This document shows positions 8,803-17,430 of a DNA stretch of 64,000 bases, piece by piece; within the stretch, counting starts at the first letter, position 1; each line of letters begins with the position of its first letter. The translations under genes and the position numbers were made by a program. The notes beneath the pieces are model-generated. The model had not been told where the DNA came from. It did no database searches and was given only the letters and a program-made list of their open reading frames with translations. The DNA lies in assembly GCA_001823155.1 (NCBI GenBank), contig MHTR01000001.1, positions 43 through 64,042 on the forward strand, read 5' to 3'. Source of the DNA: Candidatus Wildermuthbacteria bacterium RIFCSPHIGHO2_01_FULL_48_25 (GTDB lineage Bacteria > Patescibacteriota > Minisyncoccia > Minisyncoccales > UBA10102).

Positions 8803-9750
8803 ATGGGACTCAAGACTAGGATTTTCGGACTCGGCACACTCGAACATCCGATCATGAACGCGGCAGGCCCCAGGTGCAAAACCCTGGAAGAGGTCGTGGA
8901 CCTTTCGAGAACGCCAGTTGCAGTGGTGACGGTCGGCTCTATTACTGTAGAGCCCCGCCCTGGAAACCAGGGGGATGTGTATCATTCAACCCCAGGACAG
9001 TTCTCACTAAACTCTCTGGGTCTCCCGAACGGAGGGATTCCCTACTACGAGGAGAACCTCTCCGGTATGGCAGACGTGGTGCACAGAGCCAGCAAAACTT
9101 TCGGGGTGAGTATAGCAGGATTCACGCCAGAAGAGTACGCAAAACTTGCTGCGCTTGCTGTCCAGGGAGGCGCGGACATGGTTGAGGTCAACCTCGGATG
9201 CCCTAACGTCTGGCAAGGCGGCAAACAAAAGCGGATTGCTTGTTTTGACCCAGGACTCGTAATGGAGATCCTTACATTGGTGGGAGACGCAACGCTCTGG
9301 GAGATAACCGAGAATGCACCCTGCCTTGTGGCGAAAGTATCTCCGTTCTCTGATCCTGTGCTCCTGGGAGAAATCGCACAGGTCATAAAGGGGCGCGTAG
9401 ATGCCGTAACAGCCATCAACACATTCCCCAACGCCTTTGCGTTCACGGGAAGCGGAAGACCTGCTATCAGCCCCCAGTTCAGCAAGGGCCTCGCGGGAAT
9501 GGCAGGCCCCGCGATGAAGGCAATCGGTTTGGGACAGGTTCTCCAGTGGAGAAATCTCCTTCCTGAAGACATGTCTGTCATTGGAGCAGGGGGAGTCCGA
9601 ACCGGGCAAGACGTACAAGACTACCGCAGGGTAGGCGCGAGCGCGGTGCAGATTGCCACTGCCCACGCAGACGAAGGCGCCAAGGTATTCGATCGCATCC
9701 TTATGGAATACGTTGCCTTGGCAGAAGCGGAAGTTCCACTCGCCCCCTAG
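8803..9750 (+). CDS. pyrD: dihydroorotate dehydrogenase family protein (class 1-like)
   Basis: IMNAAG, NSLGLPNGG, VEVNLGCPN, AKVSPF, INTF and GAGGV motifs. The start was chosen at 8803, after the GGGAGG SD; the ORF opens at 8785. Confidence 0.75.
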   Translation: MGLKTRIFGLGTLEHPIMNAAGPRCKTLEEVVDLSRTPVAVVTVGSITVEPRPGNQGDVYHSTPGQFSLNSLGLPNGGIPYYEENLSGMADVVHRASKTFGVSIAGFTPEEYAKLAALAVQGGADMVEVNLGCPNVWQGGKQKRIACFDPGLVMEILTLVGDATLWEITENAPCLVAKVSPFSDPVLLGEIAQVIKGRVDAVTAINTFPNAFAFTGSGRPAISPQFSKGLAGMAGPAMKAIGLGQVLQWRNLLPEDMSVIGAGGVRTGQDVQDYRRVGASAVQIATAHADEGAKVFDRILMEYVALAEAEVPLAP

Positions 9751-9775
9751 AAACAAAAGTGGGGACAGTCCCCGC

Positions 9776-9815
9776 TTTCGCAAACTCGGAGCCTCTTTTC
9801 AGGGGCTCTTTTTAT
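9776..9815 (+). terminator. intrinsic terminator after pyrD
   Basis: GGAGCCTCTTTTCAGGGGCTC hairpin followed by TTTTTATT. Confidence 0.5.
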
Positions 9816-10106
9816 TCAGAAGCCGAATTCGCGGACGTCAAAATCTTTGAACTCGCCCTTGTAATCCTCGAAGGAAACCTCCGCATTCTCTACTTTTGAG
9901 AGCGGAGAGCCTTGTTTGCACCACTCCAAGAATTTCTCAACGCTTTCCTTCTCCCCTTCGCACACAATCTCCACTCTCCCATCCAAAAGATTTTTCACGA
10001 AACCAAAAACTCCAAACTCCTTTGCGGCGTTTTTCGTGTAGTCACGGAACAGCACTCCCTGCACCCTGCCCGTTATGAATAGATGAACTCTGGTTTTGTC
10101 TGTCAT
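9816..10106 (-). CDS. acyP: acylphosphatase
   Basis: ITGRVQGVLFRDY... is the acylphosphatase signature. 96 aa. Confidence 0.85.
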   Translation of the reverse strand: MTDKTRVHLFITGRVQGVLFRDYTKNAAKEFGVFGFVKNLLDGRVEIVCEGEKESVEKFLEWCKQGSPLSKVENAEVSFEDYKGEFKDFDVREFGF

Positions 10107-10114
10107 CGGATTTT

Positions 10115-10155
10115 AAACTTAGACAGTCTAAGTTTTAACTTGGCTTAGCCAAGTT
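10115..10155. repeat. two tandem near-perfect palindromes
   Basis: AAACTTAGAC-A-GTCTAAGTTT at 10115-10135 and AACTTGGCT-T-AGCCAAGTT at 10137-10155, between the permease stop and the acyP start. Confidence 0.6.
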
Positions 10156-11286
10156 CTAGAGGAAGAGGTCGGCGAGGGCGCCACCCAGGAGTATGAAAGA
10201 TATGAAATAGATCAGGGGGCGGGAAAAGGGAGTGCTAAATTCAGGCTTTCTCTGCCCCGCTTGTTTTGCCTTTTTGAGAATAGCTATCATGAGCATGCCC
10301 TGGGCTGCCGCGGCAACAATTCCCACGATTCCAATCACGGAAATGAATTGGCGGAATCCCACGAGAAACAGAAACAAAGGAACTCCGACTGTCAGTAAAA
10401 CCGCTACGGCTGTTGGAATCGCGAAATCGTGGCGCAAAGCGTTTTTCATGTAGTTCGCGATGACCAAAAAAGAAGACGCTATGGCAAACACTCCCAAGAG
10501 AGCGCCGAACCCAACGATCCTCTCTCCCAGAAACTGCACCAAGCCCGCGAACGCGTCTTGCGTGGTGTGTATTCCTGAAACTCCCACCACAATGGCCGTA
10601 AACACGAAACACAACGCGGCCGCGATAAGCGTTGCGACAACAATGACTTTTGCCAAGGAAATGTTGGACTTGGTGTCTTTGATGAACGAAGCAACTTCCG
10701 GGATGGCTTCCCAACCAATTAAGGCAAAGAAAATGACGCCAAAGGGCAGGAACATGCTCGGCATGTCGAGCATGGGAAAGTTCTCAACCCGCACCGCAGG
10801 AAGCGCGAAAAATGCGATCAAGAAAATGGCCGCGAAAATCCCGATATTCAAAAGAAACTCCGCTTTCGCGATAAGCTGGCGGCCTTTGATGACAAAAAAC
10901 GTTCCGAGCGCCGTGAACAAAAGAGTGTATTCGGTTGCGGAGAACGGAAACACCGAGCCCAGAGAAACCACTAAAAAGTCTCCCGCGAGGATGAGGTAAG
11001 CAAGAAGCGTTCCCAGGAGTACGAACAACAGCACAAAGGAAGCAAACAGCTTTCCCCAGGCACCCAGGTATATCTGCGCGTACCCAACCAACCGGTGCTT
11101 TCCTTCGGTTCGTAAGCAGATCTCTCCGAAGAACAAGTGCAGGTACACCACCACGAAGGTGAGGACGATGAAATAAAATAAGCCGGGGATAATCCCGCTC
11201 ATTGCAACCACGTAGGGCATGCCGAAGATGCCGGCCCCAATAATGGGCCCCACCATGGTGGAAACCGCGAGTACGAAATTCCTCAT
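10156..11286 (-). CDS. amino acid permease (about 11 TM, aromatic amino acid/SLC-type)
   Basis: 376 aa, polytopic. GAGIFGMPY near the N-terminus is typical of amino-acid transporters. Confidence 0.6.
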   Translation of the reverse strand: MRNFVLAVSTMVGPIIGAGIFGMPYVVAMSGIIPGLFYFIVLTFVVVYLHLFFGEICLRTEGKHRLVGYAQIYLGAWGKLFASFVLLFVLLGTLLAYLILAGDFLVVSLGSVFPFSATEYTLLFTALGTFFVIKGRQLIAKAEFLLNIGIFAAIFLIAFFALPAVRVENFPMLDMPSMFLPFGVIFFALIGWEAIPEVASFIKDTKSNISLAKVIVVATLIAAALCFVFTAIVVGVSGIHTTQDAFAGLVQFLGERIVGFGALLGVFAIASSFLVIANYMKNALRHDFAIPTAVAVLLTVGVPLFLFLVGFRQFISVIGIVGIVAAAAQGMLMIAILKKAKQAGQRKPEFSTPFSRPLIYFISFILLGGALADLFL

Positions 11287-11615
11287 GCAACCTTGAACAC
11301 CCGGTACCCTTCCCGCGCCTTTTTGGAAACCTTCAAGCCAACGTCTGCCCCTTTCTTTGCCGAGGCTACAACTTCGTGTTCGATCTGCATAGATGCCACT
11401 TTCTGCTTGAACGAAACATCTCCTCCTTCAACGCGAATGGTGTCGCCTTTCTTTAGGGTGTCTTTGAGCTTGAACGCAATGACCCCGATTTTATCAAAAT
11501 AGTGCTCAACCTTGCCTATGAGCTTGCCCTGAGCTTGTCGAACGGGTTTTTCCTTTGCCTTTTTGGCAACGGGCTTCTTTACCTTTGTGGGGGCTTTTTT
11601 CTTTTTTACAGGCAT
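11283..11615 (-). CDS. translation elongation factor-like small protein (EF-Tu domain 2-type beta barrel) with Lys-rich N-terminus
   Basis: GKVEHYFDKIGVIAFKLKDTLKKGDTIRVEG ... GADVGLKV pattern. Confidence 0.45.
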   Translation of the reverse strand: MPVKKKKAPTKVKKPVAKKAKEKPVRQAQGKLIGKVEHYFDKIGVIAFKLKDTLKKGDTIRVEGGDVSFKQKVASMQIEHEVVASAKKGADVGLKVSKKAREGYRVFKVA

Positions 11616-11619
11616 AGCG

Positions 11620-12222
11620 TTACGACTTCTTTTTCGTCTTGCTCCGACCTTTCTTTGTTTTGTGATTACTGTCCTTCTGCTCCTTTACCATTTTTATAAG
11701 CGTTTTGACGAGCGCTTCAGGATTGCTGCTCCCAATAACGCGCTTTGGGCCCCGATACCCTCCTTTCAGTAAGAAATCTATCTTGTCCGCGGTGCCTCCG
11801 GTTCCTTCCAGAACTCCTATGGGTTTTTTGTCTTCAAAGGCAATGGTGAACTCGTTCAAAGTTCCCATTCTCCCGCAAATGGTCACCACCGCGTCTGCCG
11901 CTCTCGTGAGCAGAAGGTTTCTGCCCGCGTACCCCGAGCCCGTGTATATGATGAGGTCAAAGGCGTCAACCGGAAGATGATACACCTTGATGTGCTCCTT
12001 TTCCGTGGTTGCGGGAGAAAATCCAATGGAAATGCCGCCTGCCTGTTTTGCTCCCACCGCAGACCAATAAGGAATGCCGGTGGTAGCCCCTGTTAAGATA
12101 ATGGCCTTTTGTTCAACTATCTGCCTTCCCACCTCTATGGCGAGTTTCTTTGCGTTGGGACTGCAAGGATCAAGGGCGGCAGCCCCTGACACGCAGATTT
12201 TGTAGTGCTTTGTGTAATCCAT
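11620..12222 (-). CDS. TIGR00725-family (LOG-like) protein
   Basis: ICVSGAA ... ILTGATTGIP ... ICGRMGTLNEF. The start was taken at the internal Met; the ORF extends to 12246, which abuts the tRNA. Confidence 0.65.
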   Translation of the reverse strand: MDYTKHYKICVSGAAALDPCSPNAKKLAIEVGRQIVEQKAIILTGATTGIPYWSAVGAKQAGGISIGFSPATTEKEHIKVYHLPVDAFDLIIYTGSGYAGRNLLLTRAADAVVTICGRMGTLNEFTIAFEDKKPIGVLEGTGGTADKIDFLLKGGYRGPKRVIGSSNPEALVKTLIKMVKEQKDSNHKTKKGRSKTKKKS

Positions 12223-12250
12223 TTGTGGATTATAGCACAAAAACAAGTTG

Positions 12251-12322
12251 TGTCCTCGACAGGAATTGAACCTGTACCCCAGCCTTCGGAGGGCTGTGTC
12301 CTGTCCGTTGGACTACGAGGAC
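12251..12322 (-). tRNA. tRNA-Arg (anticodon CCG)
   Basis: Hand-folded cloverleaf. Acceptor GTCCTCG/CGAGGAC, anticodon stem CAGCC/GGCTG with loop CTCCGAA, T-arm ACAGG-TTCAATT-CCTGT. No encoded CCA. Confidence 0.85.
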
Positions 12323-12330
12323 AGATTACT

Positions 12331-13275
12331 TCAGACTCGGGAGACGCGGAACAATCCGCCGCACGGAACAATTTCAACGCCCTGCTTTTGCAATTCGTCG
12401 AGAATAACATTCATGCCAAGAGAATCAGAGGGCATGTGCCCTGCTATGACCACGTTGAGGTTGGCGGCTTCAGCTTCTTTTTTGTGCTCTTCAGAGACAT
12501 GCATACCAACCACAGTACCAATGCCTACTTGTGACATTTTCTCAAAAAGTTTCGGAGACCCTTCGGTTCCTCCGGTAATTTCGGTCAAAGCAATCCTGCC
12601 GCACCGGTTTTCGGGGCGACCCACAAAAAGCCGAGGGCCTATTCCCACTTCCATGGCTTTTTTGTATTCTTCAATGCCGCGGATAACGCTCATGAGTTCT
12701 TCTAAACGCTCGGGGTTCTTTGCTTCCACTTCCCTTCTCAAGAACATGGCGGCATTGTTATCTGCAACCGTGTGCATGCACATTAAGTTCACTCCCAAAA
12801 GCTTGGCGGCATCAATTGCCTGCCAGTGGTTTTTAGGATTGATCCCTCGCGCAACCTCAGAGATTCTTTCGTGGAGCATTTGTTCAGCCACGTTGATGGG
12901 AACACCGTATTGGTTGAGCACGTCTGCCTGCAGCTCCATAACCTCGTGCAGGTCTGCCAAAGCTCTTCCCATGGGGTGGTGAGAAATGACCAGATCAATG
13001 TCTCCCAATTGCTTTGCCAAAAGGATCTCCGCGGTATCAATATCTATTCCAACCAAAACCTTCTTTATTTCCTTGTCATCCGCAACATGCAGAATCCTGC
13101 TGTCTGAATAGGGGTTGGTTAAAGATTCCTTGTCAAACTCGATCTTCTCGTCTCCCGCGAGCTTCTCGTATTTTCGCTTGTTCCGCTCAAGCACCTTTTC
13201 AATGCGCTCCAAAGGGCGGAAATCCGCCTCAATTCCTTTTTGCACCGCTACTTTGTAAATGTCTTGTATTGTCAT
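12331..13275 (-). CDS. Nif3-like dinuclear metal centre protein
   Basis: DLVISHHP motif. Length and layout match the NIF3/YqfO family. Confidence 0.7.
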   Translation of the reverse strand: MTIQDIYKVAVQKGIEADFRPLERIEKVLERNKRKYEKLAGDEKIEFDKESLTNPYSDSRILHVADDKEIKKVLVGIDIDTAEILLAKQLGDIDLVISHHPMGRALADLHEVMELQADVLNQYGVPINVAEQMLHERISEVARGINPKNHWQAIDAAKLLGVNLMCMHTVADNNAAMFLRREVEAKNPERLEELMSVIRGIEEYKKAMEVGIGPRLFVGRPENRCGRIALTEITGGTEGSPKLFEKMSQVGIGTVVGMHVSEEHKKEAEAANLNVVIAGHMPSDSLGMNVILDELQKQGVEIVPCGGLFRVSRV

Positions 13276-13466
13276 TTTCCCGCTGCCACAACTTCTTTTT
13301 CCTGCTTTAAAACCTTTTGCTTCTTCTCCCTGCTCTCGAGAACTTCTTTTCGCATTTCTGCTATGAGTTCCTCTTGCTTTTTAAAATCAAAAACCTCGCG
13401 TCGTATGCGAGCCTTTTCCAAACGAACATGCTTGCGTAAGCTTTTTGGAAGCCCCAGTGTGCTCAT
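13272..13466 (-). CDS. small Lys/Glu-rich hypothetical protein
   Basis: 64 aa with a 4-nt overlap with the Nif3 gene start. No motif recognised. Confidence 0.35.
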   Translation of the reverse strand: MSTLGLPKSLRKHVRLEKARIRREVFDFKKQEELIAEMRKEVLESREKKQKVLKQEKEVVAAGK

Positions 13467-13508
13467 GCGTGTTGATGAGAATGGTTATTCCCATGTACAA
13501 AGGATACC

Positions 13509-14705
13509 CTACCATGAATTCCCCGCTTTGTCCACGATTTTGGCAAACTCCTCTTTGACGACTTCCCGGTCATCCCAAGGAATCTTCTTCCCGTTTTGCG
13601 CGATAGAATCTTCCGAACCCTTCCCGGTTATCACAACCGTATCTCCGGGGTGAGCCAAGTTCAGAGCTTTTCGTATGGCTTCTCTCCTGTCGAGAATCTT
13701 TTCCGCCTTGTCTCCGGCTCCCTTCGCAACCTCGTTTATAATCTTCATCGGATCCTCATTATACGGATCCTCGTTGGTAACAATAACCCTGGCGCAGTAT
13801 TTGGCCGCAATTCCTCCCAACACCGGCCGCTTCCAGGTATCTCTCCCTCCTCCTGCAGCTCCCAAAACGCAGACCGCGGGTCTTAATGCTTGGTACACTT
13901 TTTCCAAAGCCGCGGGAGTAAAAGCGTAGTCAACCACAACGCGGATAGGTTCTTTGATAACCGCCTCCATTCTTCCGGGAACAACAGACATTTTCTCGAG
14001 CGCCCTTTTTGAAACATCAAAAGGAATACCGAAACTCTCCGCTACTTTTACTGCGGCTAAGGCGTTCATGCGGTTGAAGTCTCCCAGGAGCCGCAGGTTC
14101 AAGTTAAGGTTCTGGGCTTCAGACCACGAATACCGAACAACCTTCTTTGCGGGAAACGACAAGAAATACTCCGCGTTTTTGTCATCTCCATTGATAACGT
14201 GCAGGTCTTTTGCAACAACAAACAACTTCCCCTTTGCTTTTTTGTAGTTCTCAAAAGAACCGTGGCGCTCAATGTGTTCGGGACTAAGGTTGGTAAGAAC
14301 CGCTCCATGGAAATGTATGAAACGGTGCCGGTGCTGGAGAATCCCTTCTGAAGTGACCTCTAGAATCACATGGGTGCATCCTGCTTTTTTTGCATCCCGA
14401 AGGAACTTCTGAACGCTAAAGCGGCCAGGCATAGTCATTTTCCTTTTATTCCTCCATTCTTTGTCTAGAATCTGAAAGCGTATGGAAGAAAGAGAAGCTG
14501 TCTTTACGCCAGCTTCCCTGAAAATCCTTGAGAGCATGTCTACGGTGGTAGACTTTCCGTTGGTGCCTGTAACGCCGATCACGGTAAGGTTTTTTGAGGG
14601 GAATCCATACACCAAAGCACCCATAAAAGACCATAGAAAGTGGTAGGCGCTTAAAAGAAACGATGGGGTGATTGCCCGCAAAAAGTTCAGCATGTCTTTT
14701 ACCAT
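13509..14705 (-). CDS. Mur ligase family protein (MurE-like, lacks long N-domain)
   Basis: P-loop VIGVTGTNGKSTT, then Mur ligase middle and C-terminal domain patterns (DYAFTPAAL, VTNEDP). Confidence 0.75.
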   Translation of the reverse strand: MVKDMLNFLRAITPSFLLSAYHFLWSFMGALVYGFPSKNLTVIGVTGTNGKSTTVDMLSRIFREAGVKTASLSSIRFQILDKEWRNKRKMTMPGRFSVQKFLRDAKKAGCTHVILEVTSEGILQHRHRFIHFHGAVLTNLSPEHIERHGSFENYKKAKGKLFVVAKDLHVINGDDKNAEYFLSFPAKKVVRYSWSEAQNLNLNLRLLGDFNRMNALAAVKVAESFGIPFDVSKRALEKMSVVPGRMEAVIKEPIRVVVDYAFTPAALEKVYQALRPAVCVLGAAGGGRDTWKRPVLGGIAAKYCARVIVTNEDPYNEDPMKIINEVAKGAGDKAEKILDRREAIRKALNLAHPGDTVVITGKGSEDSIAQNGKKIPWDDREVVKEEFAKIVDKAGNSW

Positions 14706-14737
14706 AACAAATAAAAGCCCTCCTCAAAAGAGAAGGG
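14706..14737 (-). terminator. terminator-like hairpin abutting the Mur ligase start codon
   Basis: On the minus strand: CCCTTCTC-TTTT-GAGGAGGG followed by CTTTTATTTGTT, then directly the ATG. Confidence 0.4.
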
Positions 14738-14765
14738 TATACGGACTATGCACGAAAAAGGACTG

Positions 14766-15683
14766 CTAGCGAGCGACTAGAGCCAGGGGCCTGGCTGCCG
14801 GCCTTGGCACAGAGACATCCCGGGCCTGGCCGCCACTCAGGAATCCGAGCGCCACCCTGGTCTTCGCTTCGAGGATTCGAAGCGTGCTGATGAGCTTCAG
14901 GCGCCGGTACTCTGGTATGGTCTGCAGCTGCAAGGCGTCGAGCACGCCCGCTGTTTCGAGAACCGACGTCTCGAGCATGGTGAGGTCAACCCCTGCGCGA
15001 GGCCCTGACTCGGGCTTCTTCTTGACCTTGGCCGCGGCCTTGGTGCCGCGAAGGACCTCTTCCAGCACTTCCTGGATCGGACGGCCGGGTGCCTTCTTTG
15101 CGTAGCCAACGACCTTTTCGACGTACACCGAACTCAAACGGCCGGTGACAAAGGGCTCTGCGACTTCGCGCTGCCGCTCGTGGTCGGTGATGTCGGCGAT
15201 GCTTCGCGCTTCCTTGAAGGTGAGTTGGCCTTTCTCAACCTTCTCGGCAAGGTCCGCGGCAAGGCTGCGTACCAGGCTCTCGTAGTGGTGGATGGTACCG
15301 GGTGTGATGCCAGTCCTCCGTGCCAACTCTTGCTGGCTCACGCTGAACCGTTCGCGGTGCCGCAGGAACGCCCTGCCCATTGACATCGGCGGCAGATTCT
15401 CGTGGTGGTAGTACTCGCTCAGTTGAAGCTCGCTCGCTTCCTGCTCGTCGAGATTCTCCTGGACGGTCACATCGATCTCGGTTTGGCCCGCGGCCTGCGC
15501 CATGCGCCACCGACGCTCGCCGATAATGATTGTGAACGTGCCCTGCTGCTCTCCGGGCCGCACAACCACTGGCTGTACGCCCGCGGGAACACCAGTCTTC
15601 CGTAGCTGCTCCACAAGCCTGCCGTCGATGGGTCGGCTCACATGATTTAGGTCGGGCAGAATAGTATCGATAGATACCAACAT
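14766..15683 (-). CDS. ParB/Spo0J/KorB-like protein (ParB N-domain plus HTH), high-GC
   Basis: ParB box IIIGERRWRMAQAAG, HTH SQQELARRTGITPGTIHHYESL, AAGGAGG SD. No partner parA is present. Confidence 0.7.
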   Translation of the reverse strand: MLVSIDTILPDLNHVSRPIDGRLVEQLRKTGVPAGVQPVVVRPGEQQGTFTIIIGERRWRMAQAAGQTEIDVTVQENLDEQEASELQLSEYYHHENLPPMSMGRAFLRHRERFSVSQQELARRTGITPGTIHHYESLVRSLAADLAEKVEKGQLTFKEARSIADITDHERQREVAEPFVTGRLSSVYVEKVVGYAKKAPGRPIQEVLEEVLRGTKAAAKVKKKPESGPRAGVDLTMLETSVLETAGVLDALQLQTIPEYRRLKLISTLRILEAKTRVALGFLSGGQARDVSVPRPAARPLALVAR

Positions 15684-15733
15684 CGAGGACCTCCTTGTGG
15701 AAGGACTCTACAAGCCAACGTAGGCTTTAAAGA

Positions 15734-15762
15734 AGTATACGGGAGGCAAGGGGGGTCGTCAA
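15734..15762 (-). promoter_or_regulatory. sigma70-type promoter of the ParB-like gene
   Basis: TTGACG-17 nt-TATACT on the minus strand. Confidence 0.45.
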
Positions 15763-15767
15763 ATATG

Positions 15768-15890
15768 AAAAAAGACAAAATTAATGGCAGGGGTGACACG
15801 TTGAAACGTGGCTCTCCACCCCTGCCTTTGGGAACCGGATAAGCTACGTCGCTGCAAGTAACAAACACAGAAACGTTTCTTATCTCGGTA
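15768..15890 (-). ncRNA. candidate small RNA (own promoter and intrinsic terminator, no plausible ORF)
   Basis: Promoter TTGACA-16-TATAAG at 15897-15924. 5' hairpin AGAAAC/GTTTCT. Terminator GGCAGGGGTG...CACCCCTGCC followed by ATTAATTTTGTCTTTTTT. No ATG in the transcript body. Confidence 0.35.
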
Positions 15891-15936
15891 CTTTTACTTA
15901 TATGTGAATGGCGTATTTTGTCAACCCCGCATATTT

Positions 15937-15993
15937 GAAGAAAAAGAAAAAGGGCGAGGAGAGCAGCAACGTCGGGCGCTGCTCTCCTGCCCT
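15937..15993 (-). terminator. intrinsic terminator of the 16077-16667 gene
   Basis: GGGCAGGAGAGCAGC...GCTGCTCTCCTCGCCC followed by TTTTTCTTTTTCTTC on the minus strand. Confidence 0.6.
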
Positions 15994-16076
15994 TGGAGTG
16001 GGAGGGAGGTGGCTCTGGAGTTTGTCGCAGCTACAGAAAGTGCGAAGCCGCCTCCATCCTGGATCGTGCGAAGACC

Positions 16077-16667
16077 TTACTCGCGCGGGTCGTATGGCGT
16101 ACCCGATCGCCGCGCCGTCCTGTCTGCGCCGCTTTGGGTCGTGCCGTGTCGTCCGTCGTCGGTGCCGCTGTCAACAAAGCTCGACTCGAATGGCGCGTGA
16201 GCTCGAGCGTCTTTGCGAGTACGCCAGGCAAAGAGGCCGAAGGGGATCGTGAGTAGCGCCACTGCCCCAGTCGCGATACCAATGTTGCGGGTTGTCGCGT
16301 CGTCCGTCGTGGTGGTGATCAGGCTAGCGGCCTCTGGGGCCGCAAGGACGTCATGAGTCTGGTCCACCGCCAGGGTCGTCAACGAGGTATCGAGCTGCGA
16401 GCCGACGTCGTGTTCCGCCACGAGTGTGAAGGCGGGGGTCGTCGGGTCGTCGAAGGTCGTCACGTCGATCTGCGTCGTCGCGAGAACATCGGCGCCTCCA
16501 CCCTCAAGGTCGAGGGTACCGGGGAGGTCGATGCTCTGGACGATCACGGTCGTCTCGAAGTCTACAGGAACTGCCGAGGCTTCTGCTCTCGTTGAAAGCC
16601 CCACGATGGCTACCACCAGCAGCGCTAGGGCTGCCAGGGCAGTCACCAATCTCGCCGAGTACTTCAT
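16077..16667 (-). CDS. secreted, C-terminally membrane-anchored Thr/Asp-rich protein, high-GC
   Basis: Start at MKYSARLVTALAALALLVV (signal peptide) after a GAGGAGG SD. C-terminal TM IGIATGAVALLTIPFGLFAW followed by RTRK. The ORF extends to 16739. Confidence 0.55.
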   Translation of the reverse strand: MKYSARLVTALAALALLVVAIVGLSTRAEASAVPVDFETTVIVQSIDLPGTLDLEGGGADVLATTQIDVTTFDDPTTPAFTLVAEHDVGSQLDTSLTTLAVDQTHDVLAAPEAASLITTTTDDATTRNIGIATGAVALLTIPFGLFAWRTRKDARAHAPFESSFVDSGTDDGRHGTTQSGADRTARRSGTPYDPRE

Positions 16668-16747
16668 TTGAACCAGCCTCCTCTCTCTTACGAGCTCACT
16701 CTCTCCCATGAGAGAGTAAACTTCCCTTCTTGGGGGCAAGTTTCTTT

Positions 16748-16775
16748 AACATACCAAAGACCAGCCGCTTGTCAA
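16748..16775 (-). promoter_or_regulatory. sigma70-type promoter of the 16077-16667 gene
   Basis: TTGACA-16 nt-TATGTT on the minus strand. The leader contains CTCTCTC-ATGG-GAGAGAG and AAACTTGCCC...GGGAAGTTT hairpins. Confidence 0.4.
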
Positions 16776-16809
16776 GCACTCTCATAGGACCAAAATCACT
16801 CCTCCCTTT

Positions 16810-16845
16810 ACTTAACTAGGAATACATATGTATAATTAAGTAAGT
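16810..16845. repeat. imperfect palindrome overlapping the promoter of the PaaX-like gene
   Basis: ACTTAACTAGGAATACATATGTATAATTAAGTAAGT. Shares the ACTTA..ACTA / TTAAGTAAGT arms with the palindrome at 17431-17470. Confidence 0.55.
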
Positions 16846-17415
16846 ATGCTGCGAAAGTATAAATATTACCTACGAAAGCCCAAGGGAGAAATCACCAAAG
16901 ACATTCTCCTCGCCCTTTTTGTTGGTGGAATGCTTATAGTAGGAGGAAGCTCTACGGCGGCCGCACTATGGCGCTCAATACTGCAACGCAAAAAGTATCC
17001 GAGGAAGAAATTCTGCGACACGTTTACCCGTCTCCACAGGAAGGGGCTTGTTGCAATAGAACAACAAGGTCATCGTGTTCGCGTTGCGCTTACGCCAGAA
17101 GGCAAAAAACTTGCGGGATACATGCAAATAGACCGCCTTGAAATAAAACGTCCGCAGAAATGGGACGGGATGTGGCGGCTTATTCTTTTTGATATCCCAA
17201 ACCTTAAAAACCACCAACGTAACGCATTCCGCGGAACTCTCGAGGAGCTTGGGTTTCTTCCCTTACAAAAGAGTGTTTGGGTTCACGCGTTCGATTGCGT
17301 AGCAGAAATTGAACTCTTAAAAGACTTTTTCGGCCTTCGGGAGGAAGAAGTGCGTTTTATTCTCGCAAAGAATATTGGAAGTGACAACTTACTCCGCAAG
17401 CACTTTCAGCTCTGA
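16846..17415 (+). CDS. PaaX-family-like protein (N-terminal TM plus winged-helix, Cas2/VapD-fold middle domain)
   Basis: WDGMWRLILFDIPNLKNHQRNAFRGTLEELGFLPLQKSVWVH is the characteristic PaaX/Cas2-fold motif. Backbone-like low GC. Confidence 0.55.
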   Translation: MLRKYKYYLRKPKGEITKDILLALFVGGMLIVGGSSTAAALWRSILQRKKYPRKKFCDTFTRLHRKGLVAIEQQGHRVRVALTPEGKKLAGYMQIDRLEIKRPQKWDGMWRLILFDIPNLKNHQRNAFRGTLEELGFLPLQKSVWVHAFDCVAEIELLKDFFGLREEEVRFILAKNIGSDNLLRKHFQL

Positions 17416-17430
17416 TCAAAGGCGAAAAAT

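Noticed and set aside
9007-9783. 258-aa and 178-aa ORFs antisense to the pyrD-like gene.
   Set aside because: They are fully contained within a gene that has clear DHOD motifs on the other strand. They have no SD and odd composition.
15647-15868. GTG-initiated 73-aa ORF across the sRNA candidate.
   Set aside because: It runs straight through a strong terminator hairpin and the ParB promoter. It has no SD and an implausible sequence.
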